This document shows positions 13,255 through 25,300 of a DNA stretch of 64,000 bases, one piece after another. The DNA is from Bilabrum cf. latius (Eukaryota). Under the pieces are notes generated by a model. The model searched no databases. It was not told the DNA's origin and was given only the letters and a program-made list of their open reading frames with translations. Location of the stretch: contig OZ237752.1 of NCBI GenBank assembly GCA_965178125.1, positions 62,001 to 126,000 on the forward strand, given 5' to 3'. Position 1 is the first letter of the stretch. Every line of letters begins with the position of its first letter. Position numbers and translations under genes: made by a program.

Positions 13255-13933
13255 TCAAAAATCAGGTATACCCGCTGACACTGAGTTGAGCTCTCTCGCC
13301 AGCTTCTCTCGCAACCTGTGTCCATCCCCCTGCGCGAACCAGTCTCCGGTCTTCTCATCCCAGAAGTACGCACACAGATCGCCGTTCTTCACGTTGGAGT
13401 ACACCTAAATCTGGGTTGGAGCATCGTCTGGCTTGTCTTTTATTAGAGCAACCACTCTGATGGAATCTGCATTACCCTTACCGAACATGATTCGCATCTG
13501 CGGGAAGCGAAACGAGATTGTGTAGAACGTCATCGAGCTTGCACCGCTCGTAGTGTGGTAGCTGGCCGCGAGACGCCACAAGACTCACGTCGAAATGTCC
13601 AAGTGTGTCAATTTTAAAGTCTGGGTTTGCTTCCTGCATGGTCTTTGTCCCCTCCTTTATCGTTCGAAACAGCTTGGCAATTTCCTCCTCCGGGGTGTGC
13701 TCGGGAATCGGCTCATAGAAGTGTTCCGCAACCATATTTGGCTGGAATGCCATAGGCTTCCTGTCCTTTCTCGTGTAGTATTTCCCCTTTGGAAGTCTTT
13801 TCTTCGTCTTGATGGGACCATCCCAAACGTGTCTGATCGCAACTAGCCGAAGCTGTGTTGCTGCGCTAGCTCTACGCCCTGCCGGAAGAAGTGAGCGCAA
13901 CAATGCTCTGGATGATGCTCGCACAGACTGCAT
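13255..13933 (-). CDS. Mitochondrial frataxin/CyaY-like protein, 2 exons (13933-13589, 13497-13255), ~195 aa
   Basis: Arg/Ser/Ala-rich presequence. Phase-0 intron GTGAGT...TTCCCGCAG (13588-13498). C-terminus TQI[Q]VYSNVKNGDLCAYFWDEKTGDWFAQGDGHRLREKLARELN resembles the frataxin QIWLSSP..G...Y.W...W...DG..L.E.L..EL pattern. TAG at 13405-13407; ends TGA. Confidence 0.6.
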
Positions 13934-14264
13934 TGTAATTTATGTAGGGTAAAAAGGAGATGTGTGTGATGCAGCCGGCAGCGGCTCGCAGTCGAAATGG
14001 TGATGCAGTGACGAGCGTCACCTAATTACACCACGAAACAGCAAAAGAAGCCATCAACATTCTGGACAATCCCGGCCCTTGCCCCTCCTGGCGTTCATCG
14101 CCAGAGCACGGCTTCCACCTCAGGGACTGGTTAGATTGCCAACCCGATCCATGATACAGCAAATGCAGCCTTTCATTGCAGGCATGTAGCGAGATGCCGG
14201 GAAAACGGAAGCTGCCTACCATACTGGAAGCACGCGCCTCCCCATTCAATGCATCGCTACTGTC

Positions 14265-15392
14265 AGGGGTGGATAGGGCTGGAGCCGGGCTTGAGGGGTG
14301 GATAGGGCTTGAGCCGGGCTTGAGGGGTGGATAGGGCTTGAGCCGGGCTTGAGGGGTGGATAGGGCTGGAGCCGGGCTTGAGGGGTGGATAGGGCTGGAG
14401 CCGGGCTTGAGGGGGTGGAGGTGGCTGGAGCCGGGCTTGAGGGGTGGATAGGGCTTGAGCCGGGCTTGAGGGGTGGATAGGGCTGGAGCCGGGCTTGAGG
14501 GGTGGGAGGTGGCTGGAGCCGGGCTTGAGGGGTGGAGGTGGCTTGGGCCGGGCTTGAGGGGTGGATAGGGCTTGAGCCGGGCTTGAGGGGTGGGAGGTGG
14601 CTTGAGCCGGGCTTGAGGGGTGGGAGGTGGCTGGAGCCGGGCTTGAGGGGTGGATAGGGCTTGAGACGGGCTTGAGGGGTGGGAGGTGGCTGGAGCCGGG
14701 CTTGAGGGGGTGGATAGGGCTTGAGCCGGGCTTGAGGGGTGGATAGGGCTTGAGCCGGGCTTGAGGGGTGGGAGGTGGCTTGAGCCGGGCTTGAGGGGTG
14801 AAGGTGGCTTGGGCCGGGCTTGAGGGGTGGGAGGTGGCTGGAGCCGGGCTTGAGGGGTGGATAGGGCTTGGGCCGGGCTTGAGGGGGTGGAGGTGGCTGG
14901 AGCCGGGCTTGAGGGGTGAAGGTGGCTTGAGCCGGGCTTGAGGGGTGGATATGGCTGGAGCCGGGCTTGAGGGGGTGGAGGTGGCTGGAGCCGGGCTTGA
15001 GGGGTGGAGGTGGCTTGAGCCGGGCTTGAGGGGTGGATAGGGCTGGAGCCGGGCTTGAGGGGTGGATAGGGCTTGAGCCGGGCTTGAGGGGTGGAGGTGG
15101 CTTGAGCCGGGCTTGAGGGGTGGGAGGTGGCTGGAGCCGGGCTTGAGGGGTGGATATGGCTGGAGCCGGGCTTGAGGGGGTGGAGGTGGCTGGAGCCGGG
15201 CTTGAGGGGTGGAGGTGGCTTGAGCCGGGCTTGAGGGGTGGATAGGGCTGGAGCCGGGCTTGAGGGGTGGATAGGGCTTGAGCCGGGCTTGAGGGGTGGA
15301 TAGGGCTGGAGCCGGGCTTGAGGGGGTGGAGGTGGCTGGAGCCGGGCTTGAGGGGTGGATAGGGCTTGGGCCGGGCTTGAGGGGGTGGATAG
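14265..15392. repeat. G-rich minisatellite, ~38 units of 29-30 bp, consensus GAGCCGGGCTTGAGGGG(G)TGG(ATAG/AGGT)GGCT(T/G)
   Basis: GAGCC recurs at 14282, 14311, 14340 and onward. Two main unit variants (ATAGGG and AGGTGG) are interspersed, with G-run length variants. Confidence 0.97.
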
Positions 15393-15955
15393 TACGGATA
15401 ACATACTGTAGCCGCCTGATGGGGCCAATGGGTGCACAGGAAATAGGATGCAGGTGCCTCGAAAATTGCTCACAGCGGCCCGCCCACGCTCTTCACCAAA
15501 CCCAGGCATCAATAACTGCAATTCGTGCAATTTCAGACCGCCATTAGTATAATTATAAATACATTTAGTGTGAGAGAGAAGATCATGCCGATTCATCGAG
15601 GAATGAAAGCATGAACGCTATCTGAAATATATCCTCCTATGCGACCTGCCGGGGCGAATTTCGTGAATCCCGTGCTCGGTGGCCGACAGCTTGAACTGCA
15701 CCCGCTGTATCTTCGTCAATAAGTACGTTGCAGACTTGAAATTTGCACACAATACTATTAATGAAGTAAATATTATATTACACTAGTTATTATTCTCTTT
15801 AATCATTTTCTATGGTTGGAACACGGCCCCTGAAAATAGGCCCAATCGGCGATTTTTATTCCGGTAATGAGCCCCCTGACGGAACCAAGCGCTCGCCAAA
15901 TCGAATTCGAGCGAGCACCTGCCTCACCCACTCCTGCTCCACAATAAGCGACAGC

Positions 15956-16420
15956 ATGCAGTCTTCAGTGTCAGCATCGCAAAGGAAAGTATTTACAGAC
16001 GCAGACACGCAGTATAGATCTGGTCGAGCGGAAGAAGCAAAGGTTCTGAGCGGCCTCGGAAAGGATGCTCTCGTTTCCTTGCGGGCTGAGCTCCGGGCAA
16101 CTGCAGCGAAGTACATCACCCAAACGACATCTGAGATTAAAGAATTAGTTGCAGAAGAGCTGTAGGAGGGCTCAAAAGCTCGCCATGAGCTAGGGAATTC
16201 GGTCAAATCGTGCGAGGAGGTTGCCAGCCGAGCAAAGCATTCGGTAAAGGCGAGCATCGGCCAGTTTCACGCAGAAGCGCAGGTGCGCTGCGACGCAGTG
16301 CTGAAGCGATCCGTGCAAAACGCAAGTACCAAGGTGTACATGCCTTGCTTGCAATTCATGACAGAGCACCAAGCAGCGGTCGCTGCGGCGTACCAAGCTC
16401 CTCGGCAGGTCGCTTCCTGA
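15956..16420 (+). CDS. Hypothetical helical/coiled-coil protein, ~154 aa
   Basis: ATG 15956; in-frame TAG at 16163 (VAEEL[Q]EGSK); the frame stays open to TGA 16418-16420. No domain recognised. Confidence 0.5.
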
Positions 16421-16599
16421 GATGTGGATGGATAAGCCTAGCCGTAAGCGATGGAATCTGCAAGACTCATGGACTTATTTTGTCTTGCAACCGGGTGACT
16501 GTTCTAGTAGATCTGTTGTGTTGCAATCTTGAGAAGGCTAGAAGCAAGTATCCGGAACCGCGCATTGCAACTGATGAATCCCCACTCTAACAGCAAAAT

Positions 16600-18841
16600 A
16601 TGCTACATTTGGGCGCTCTTGCAGGGTGCATATATGTATTGAGTGTTGTTGCGACGCTATCCACTCACATCGATGTGTAAGGCATCAAAATAGGCCTATT
16701 TGTCAGCCGTATCACGGCCCAGAGCTTGAATGCTGCCAGTGCCAAATTGGCAGCGCTCCCGTCTTGTACTGCAGAATCCATGTCCATATTGATGATTTAG
16801 GCTCAAGGATGCTTGGATACAAGAATCCCTAGGTGATTTCACCAACACTGGATCGCATGGCAACCGACGGGATCCGGCTGACGAATTACAACGCTTTTCA
16901 AGTTTGTGCCCCGACTAGAGTAAGAAACAGAGGAGAAGTATGACAATTTGTCTCGTAAATGCATGCTTGGTTGGTCAGTAGAGTCCGTAAGCGAAAATCC
17001 GTCGTTCCTTGGCCTCTGCAGGCCAGCGTGCTCACGGGACGCTACCCTTGGAGGCAGGGCGCCTACTACTGCGTCGGCGACAACTACGGCGTGTTCCCGC
17101 AGTTCAAAATGATCCCGGAGCACCTACAACCGCACGGGTATGCGACGGCCCACATCGGTAAATGGTGAGTGGTCAGGGGAGGCGTCGCTCGGAAAGCACG
17201 AGGCGCTTGGACGTTCGCGCTCAGCAGGCTGCGGTACCGCGTCAAGCGTGCTGGCCCTGCACTCTCCGACCTGATTATCGCAGGCATGCTGGCTACTTGC
17301 GGAGGGAGTACACTCCTGCGTACCGTGGGTTCAACCGCTCGCTGGGCTACTACCAGGCCGGACTCGGGGACTACTGGATCCACAACGCGACTAACTTTGC
17401 CATTCACTGCCCCAATGCCACCACGGACCTATTCAATTCCACGGGGAAAGTCCTGGGCAGCGCCAGGGGCTAGAACCACACGTACAGCATGGACGTCTTC
17501 CGCAGAGAGGCCGTGTCATTCGTGCGGGACACCCCGTCGGAGCAGCCCCTGTACCTATACTTCGCCACGGAGAACATCCACGACCCGCTCAACGTGGACA
17601 TGAAGTACGTGGACATGTATCCCCAAGTGGAGCTGGACACCTTCAAGGTCGCGTACGGCATGGTCACGGCCCTTGATGATGCGGTGAAGAGGCTCATGGA
17701 CCAGGTGCGGGTGGCGGGCAGGGGCAACCGCACCGTATGGATCGTGACGAGTGACGTGAGTGAAACCTGTGATGAGTGCGTGCTAGGAAATTTCCTGCTG
17801 TTTTCCGTCCCTGGCGCGTGTCACCTCCCATACCACCCCCTGCTGCTCCTATCCCACTCGTCCTGGTGCTCGCCACCGACCCACCGCTCAGCAGCACCTG
17901 CCCCTCCCTCCCTACTTACTTTCACCACGCCCACAGAACGGAGGCCCCTTGGACCAGTGAGCTGCACTGTGCCATGCAATGTCCCGTATCACGTTACATT
18001 GGTTCATCAGTCTCGGCTCCTTCTCTCTTCCTCGCTCCCCACCAACCCATCCCCCCGCAGCAACTACAACATCGGGAGGGGAGGCAAGCACACGTACTGG
18101 CGCGGTGGTCTGGAGGTAGAGGCCTTCGTCTACTCGGACTCAACGGACATTATCCCGGAGGCCATGCGGGGGGCCCGCTGGGGCGGACTGGCACACGCAT
18201 CTGACCTCCTCCCTACCATCGTCGAGGGCATTGCGGGGGAACAGCTGCAGCCCGAGCCAGAGGCACCCTTCCCCCTAGATGGCGTCAACCTCTGGAGCGC
18301 CCTCCGAAAGGGGGAGCCCTCCCCTCGGCAGGAGGTCATCCACAGCGTCAGCAACTCTCACTACAACTACACGGTCAACCACCACATCAGCGACGTCATC
18401 ACCAGGGGCGGCTTCAAGCTCATGAGGGTGCACCAGGGAGACAACAGGACAATCCCCGTGAGGCCCATGGCACAGTCCAACGTGAGCTTCGGGCTCTCCG
18501 GTGGGTGGACCCAGGCCAGCGAGGGGTTCCCCGAAAACGCCCTCGTAGGCGGGTTGCCTACCCCGCGAGTGTATCCCCAGTGCCAGGAGAGGCCCTGCCT
18601 ATACCACCTGGCGACGGACCCCGACGAGGCCCACGATTTGGGTGGGGACCCGCAGTACACCGACGTGGTGCGTCAGCTGACTGGCATCCTAGACGGCGAG
18701 AAGGAGAAGGCCATGCCGCTGGCCGCGCCCTACTCGGATGCGGACTTCCGCGGCGTGGTCAAGCAGCTGTGCGAGGTGGCGGGCCGCACGGGGGGGTTCA
18801 TCCAGCCGGTCGACTACTTCGAAGGGGAGCACTCAAACTGA
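16600..18841 (+). CDS. Secreted arylsulfatase (ARSB-like, formylglycine-dependent S1 family), 6 exons: 16600-16676, 16775-16919, 17022-17164, 17284-17755, 17937-17956, 18061-18841; ~545 aa
   Basis: All introns are GT-AG with consistent phases. Splicing rebuilds IDDLG, CAPTR-ASVLTGRY, GKWH, RGF and SDNGG..RGGKH. In-frame TAGs at 16830 (KNP[Q]VISPTLD) and 17471 (ARG[Q]NHTYS). Ends TGA. Confidence 0.9.
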
Positions 18842-19382
18842 AGCGGGGCGTTTAGGTTTGTATGCCTGGAGCAGTGTCAGTCTTCGTGACGCCGCCGATC
18901 CTTGCGACCAAGCGCCCTCAGCGAGCGCTTGGGCATCGCCGCCGCCGATGTGGTTCCGCTGCATTTGCCGTCCGGTGGCCAGATTTCCCTGCCTGCGAGC
19001 TTGATTTCAACTCGAGCCGCGCGGGATTCATTGTGAACGTGCCTAAGTAAGCGACGGAGTGCTTTGGCTTGCTTGGACTGAATTGAGACGGCAAGGAGCC
19101 GAAGCACAGCCGCATCATTGTGTTCGATTCTAGTCGCGAATGTGCCCCAGGTTACGCCCACGGCGCGCACGCACGATCAACGCAGCATGTCCTCTTCATT
19201 TTGCAAATTAGGCTGCGCTGATCCCAATGCTCGCTCGTTTCTCTTCTTCCTACGCGCTCACAGGTGTAGACAAGCGCGCAGCCGGTCTTTAGAACTGGCG
19301 CCGCTTGCCATCCTAAGGCCTTGAAGCGAATTAACTTCCCGCATTTGGAGCTTTTTTGAAATTAAAATTGAGTCTGGTAGTC

Positions 19383-22300
19383 ATGTCGCGCTTCTCTGCA
19401 TTACTTTCGACGCTTGCTGCACTGATCGGACTCGCGCATGCCGGCATCATTCGAGAAATCCACAGCGTGTCGCCGGACCATGGAGGTTTCGGAGGTAAGA
19501 GCACCGCATTTGATTGACGTTTGTGCAGTAATTATGTGCGCTTGACATGCCGATGATTATCGTGCGGCCATTAACCAAGACGAGTCCCAGCTCAGTCGGA
19601 AACCGATCCACTCGTCTCCACTTCGGTCGCAGGCGGCACTCGCGTTACCATCCGAGGGGTCGGGTTCAGCACGGATCTCATAAATGGAAATAATTAGGTG
19701 TTCATCGGGGAGGAAGGCGAGTTCGAGTGCCACGTGATCCCGGAAGAGTGCAGCCCCCGCAAGATCGTCTGCGAAACATCGCCCAAGCCGGATCGGGTGA
19801 GCACGGGCCGGCTGCCCGTGCGAGTCATCGTGGACGTGCTGCACAGCATCACGAGGACCTCGGGCTTCTACTACACGAGTCGCGTCACTCCGTACGTGAG
19901 CCGCCCCCTCGAGCACGAAACGGCCCTGCGCGTGGGCGAGGCCCTGGTCCTCAGGGGCAGCCTGCGCATGCCCTCCGCCACTCGCACAGGACATTTTCGC
20001 GTGGCTGGACTCAGGAGGCAGCTGCAGGGGCACCCAGACACCCCGCTGGTCAACGCAGACGACTTCAGTCTGCAGGACGCGAACGGGGCGGTGGACCTGC
20101 AGCCTGCTCTCGCTCTCGTGCTGCAGCCCGCGCCTGCCACGGGCACTGGGGGCAATCGCACTGCGTCGGCTGTTTCAGCCGCCCTGCGCCGGGAGTACAC
20201 GCTGCTGTCTTCCGCAGACAGAGAGTCCATGCGACGCCCCGGCGAGCTCGGGAGTCTTGAATCCAGCGGTGCGCCGGGCGGGGGCAGCATCGTGGCATCT
20301 GCGGAGGCAGCCATGGGCGCTGCAGAAGACGAGGACAGCGGGAGACTGACGGTGGGCCGAGACCGATACCGCGGCACCATTCCGCTGGATGCCCGCAGCG
20401 GGGTGTGGAACCTGTCTGTGGTGGCGGGGCACGCGGGAGGTCGGGCGCTGCATGCCTCTGGTGGACTGCAGACCAACGCCGACCAGAGAGTGGGTGAGGC
20501 AGGCATCAGGTTCGAGGTGGGCGTGTTTCCGTCGCTTCAATGGCAGGACGGGGACATTTCAGTGGATGCGATCCGTCTTGCTGCCCCTGAACAGCAGGGC
20601 GAGGGCAACAACGAAGGGCAGCCCGCAGCCCAGCTGCCAATCAATCTGCTGCGCATGATCACCGCAGGTCAGGAAGTGGGTGAGGCCCGCCCGCAGCCTG
20701 TGTCCTGGCCATGGTTCTGGGGCCTGTCTGCCCCTCGCTCCGTGGAGGGCGGGGGCCAGCGCACGCTCTGGGGTTCTGGCCTTGACCCTGTGGCGGCAGA
20801 TGGCAGTCGGAGGTCACGCCAGGCGGCCATGCTGACGACCGACCTAACCTCGATCTGGGCGTGGACAGGAGAGCCCCCTTCCTTCACGGGGGACGGACTG
20901 GTCCCCGACGTGAACACGAGGGTGTCCTTCTCCGCCATCGAGGCGCTCAGGCAGTGGAGGTCGCAGGAGCAGGCCAGGCGGGCAGTGGCGCTGGCTCACC
21001 TCCCGGCCCCCATCGCCCTCAGGGCCAGGGAACAAGATCGCTTGGAATGGTGGTCGGGAGCGTCGCTGGGTGCGCGCAGGCTTTGCAAAATCGTGTTTGC
21101 GGAACCGGAAGCCGCCTTGTGCCGCGACGGTAGCCAGGCAGCATCCGCTGCGGCGCATCTGCTGCTGCGGGCCGTGTGGGAGGGCGCTCACGCTGCCACT
21201 GTCGCGGGGGCGCTGGTGTCTCCGCCGGAGCAGCTGCTTCACACCGAGCCTGGGAGTATCAACGGCACTGTGCCCGAGCAGCAGGCGAGCTGGGTGTCCC
21301 CGCCGCAGTGGGCACTCGAGGAGGCGGGGCTGGCCGGGAGCGGGCAGGCAATCCCCAGCGGCGACGGTGACGAAGTGCCTCCCCCTCGTGCTGTGTCTGC
21401 AGCCATTAGTGGATCGTGGTACGACGCAAGCGTTGCGCTGTAGTTGCCCCGGTGGGGTGTGTGGGACCTGTACGTGGGACCAAGACAGGCGCTCCGGCCT
21501 CACCAGAACGTGACGGTGCTGCCGCCCGAGGGGATGCCACTCACAGCGCGGATTGGGAGCTCGGTGGGCGCAGCATCGATCGATGCGGGGCAGGGGAAGG
21601 GACAGGGGCTGGCATGGGTGCCTCTGGGCACACTGGACCGCCCTGGTCCTGCACTTGATGATAGTGGAGCGGTGGTGGGCGGCGAAGATGAAGGCCATAC
21701 CACCACCAGTGAAGTGACCGTGAATCTGCAGCCCCCACCCAGCTCCCAGGCCCGCTTGCTGGCGGTATGGCGGGGCCCAGATGCATGGTCTGCCTCGCGC
21801 GTGCCCGTCCCTCCTGCCTTTGTCGATGCCAACGGCACCGCTCCCATCGCCCTAAATGCCACGGAGTGCACTGGCGAGCAGGAGGCCCTGGGAGGGACCG
21901 GTCACCCCATGGACCGACCGCTCGCTGCCGCTGCTCGCACTGCCAGGGTGCAGGCAGCCCTGGGTACCGATTGGAACACCTCCCTGGCCCTGTCTTCCGC
22001 CGGAAGGATCTGCCTGGACCCTCAGGCGATCAATTACGCGGGGGAGGGGCTAGAGCATCTCCTAGCGCGATCGGACGTGCTCAGGGCTGCGCGCTCCCTG
22101 CTGCAACTGGACCTGGATCTGGCCAACGGAACTGCCAGGAGCGGAGCGGCCGCTGGCGCGCAGGGGCGAATCGGTGCCAGCGCGCTTGCGGCCGCTGGTC
22201 AAAGCCAGTGGTCCGGTGTGCTCTCTGGTCCGTCGGTCCGCGCCGCAGTGCACAGGGCCTATGTGTCTGGCCTGGCGAGGACTCCTCTGTTCGAAGGGGC

Positions 22301-25300
22301 CGCGGGTCTCGCATCTCCCATGGTGCCGCTGCTGTCTGTGGCTGCAGCGAGGCATGCCGGGCCTGCATCGGCAGCTCGCGGTGCAGTCGGGGCATCTTTG
22401 GATGATGTGGTGCCCGTGGTGGCATTGCTGGACTCGCTGGCAGAAGGAGAGCCCGCTGCGGCTGACCGGTGGCAAGCTCTGGACGGGTGCGTGTACGTTG
22501 GAGGGAGGGGCGCGCTTCTGGATGTGCACAGGGCACCGCCAGACAGCCCCAGCCCGCGCTCTCCTAGCCACGTTGCAGGCTCACCCCTGGTGGGCTCGCT
22601 TGCCGCCATGCAGTGGAGGCACCGGCCCGGTGGACTGGGAGATTCTACTGGCCGAGTCCAGCAGACTGGCAACGGAACGGTGCGGTACGGCCCCGCGCCG
22701 GTCGCCCCGGCACCTCGAGCCCCTCAAGAGGTGCGCCTGCTGGAGCGCACGTTGTCCGCCCCCGCTGATCTCATGGGCCGCAGTGACGTAGGGGCCGTCC
22801 TGTCGGGGCTCTTCATGGCGCCAGCCAGGGGCACGTACCGGTTCCTGGTGGCCCACTCGCGCGGGGTGCAGCTGTTTGTCGGGCACGGGCACAGTCCGGC
22901 GAGTGCTGCCAGCCTCAGGCGGGTGGCGCACTCGGACTCCGGGTACACCTCCACCACGGCATTTTCGCTCGTGTCCCAGCCCGTGACCGTGTCGGTCGCG
23001 CGGGCCGTCCTTGTTGTGGCCGCGGTGGAGCAGGGTGTGGGCACCACGGCCATCCTCAAGCTCAGGGTCGAGGTGCGGGGCGCGGACGGAGAGTGGGTCC
23101 CGCTCAACGGACACCCGCACGGAGCCCCCGGAGCCTTCTTCGCAACGGCGCACGCCGCGCCCCAGATCGTTGTATCGTCGAGGGGCCAGCGGGGGGCGTG
23201 CGACAGGGAGGCCGCCTGGGACTCTGAGCTGGGCCTCGTGCGGTCTACCGGACTAGGGTGCGATGCCCCGGACTCTGCTCTGAGTCACGCGCTGCCACAG
23301 GGCCTGGCAATGGGTGCTGTGGCAAGAGCAGCCGGTCTTGTTAGGAATGGGGGTGCTGATTCTTCACTGGTGTCATAGACCACGCTGCCAGAGCGGCCGG
23401 TCGAGTCGCACATGTCGGTCGGATGGGCAGTCCTGGATGTCTGCCTCGCTTCCAACGCGAGTGTGTGGGGGTCATGCTGGGCGGCACGAGGGAACAGCAG
23501 TGATGCAGCGGCAGCCTCGACTCGCAGCGATGCAAGCTGGATGCCTCGGGTGTCAGCGGGTGACGTGATCGAGGTGGTGCTGGCGGGACCTGCAGCTGAA
23601 ATGTCGCCTGCAGCGTGCAGCCTCAGCAGCAGCTCGACCATCGGGGCCTCCTCGCAAGCGTGCCTCCGTGCTGTTGAGAGGCGCCTGCTCGTCGAGGTGG
23701 GCGGGGAGCAGTGCCAGCTGGTGGGCGCGTCCGGCCCTGACGCCGCTGCAGCCTCTCCCCAGGCAGCCGCGGCGGTACTGCGGGACGACGGTGCCGTGTC
23801 TCGCATCCGATGCACCGTCGGTCGCGCCATGCCGGGCAGGCACCCGGTCCGCGTAGAAATCGCTGGGTGGGGTCACGCACTTGTGGGTCCCTCCCCAGAG
23901 CTGTCCCTGTCTCCCGCCGGCCAGCTGGTGGCGGTGGCGGCGCGCGCCTCACGACTGAACGTGACCGATGGCTAGGTGGACGAGGCAGCAGCACTGGTCC
24001 CCGTGCCGGGCACGGTGCGCGTGCCGCTTGCCGTCGACGGTCTCTCCTCGTCTCTGGGCAGCATCGCGGGCGGTCTAGAGCTGAACGTAACTGGCGCGGC
24101 GCTTTCCGAGGCAGTCCGAATCCGAGTGGGAGGCGTGGCCTGCCCCATCATTGTGAGGCTGAACCGCGCGTGCAAGCGCAGGGATGGCGCGTCGGGCGTA
24201 AACTGCCACCCAGACGAGATGCAGGACGTTAGGGCTGGCTACGAGTTTGCTTCTTGCGAGGTTCCCGCAGCGCTCGCCAACGGCACCGAAGCCTGGATGG
24301 CAGTGCAGGAGGCCGCGAATCGCAATGCCAGCTCTGGGGCTAGGACTCCCGTGGCGGCTGGCACCAACGCCACTGTCCTCCGGTCCGCCCTCCTGGCTGG
24401 CCTCCCCGCAGCTGTTGACGTGGAGGTGTGTTCGGGAGACCTGGCCGCCTCCACCCTCCCAGGGGTGGCCGCGGCGCGGGAGCAGTGCATCACGCTGCGT
24501 GGCGCTTTCACGTACGATCCCAGCGAAGCGGGCACGCCGGTGCTGGACTCCATCTCGCCCATGGTGGGACCACCGGGTTCCGAGGTGACCGTGGGAGGCC
24601 GCGGCCTGGGCCCACGAACAGTGGGCACCCTCGGCCTGGCCTACGTCATGTCTGAGTTCGGGTTCTGGGAGCGGCCGCGGGCTATCGGGGTGGAGCTAGG
24701 TGAGGCGCCCTGCGTGCTGTCGAGCGCAGGCAACACGTCAGTGCAGTGCACTGTGACGTCCAACGCCGGTGGAGTGGCAGAGGCGGATGGGTGGGTCTGG
24801 GGCAAGGGTGCTGCGGTAGTCAGGCCAGGGCTTGCATTTCGGTACGCCCTGTCTATCGAGGCCGCGCATCCCACGAGCGGGTCCGTGCGGGGCGGGACAG
24901 AGGTGGTGGTGCTGGCACGGGGACTGAACCCGCGCGTGCTGGCCGAGAACCGGGCCTTTTTCGGGGCTGACGAACACTCGATCGTGCCGTGCGACGTGCG
25001 AGAGGTCGGTGAAGGGCTCGGGCCCGCAGCTAGCTGGGCACTTCTCCCCGACGCTCCCGAGCTACCCACCGAGCTGCTGTCCATGCCTGCTTCCGAATCA
25101 TAGGCGCAGGGCCTGGCGTGGCTGCGGTGCGTGACGGGGCCTCCCTTCGACCCCGACGACTACGATCCCCAGTACGGCGAGGTCTTTGACTCTCCCTGGC
25201 TGTTCGACAATGACGACACCAACGTCCCTGGCGCCGACCTGGACCACGACACGGTGCCTCTGCAGCTGACCGTCACATGGACGTACAAGGAGTACACCAC

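Noticed and set aside
13478-13480. TAA as terminator of ORF 13478..13933
   Set aside because: After splicing the 13588-13498 intron this TAA is out of frame and the gene ends at TGA 13255-13257, so it is not evidence that TAA acts as a stop.
14265-15392. CRISPR array or true telomere
   Set aside because: Units are head-to-tail with no unique spacers and no cas genes. It is not a short perfect telomeric repeat, and genes flank both sides.
14022-15596. 524-aa Pro-rich minus-strand ORF
   Set aside because: It is an artefact of the stop-free C-rich strand of the minisatellite; 29/30-bp units cycle through all three peptide phases.
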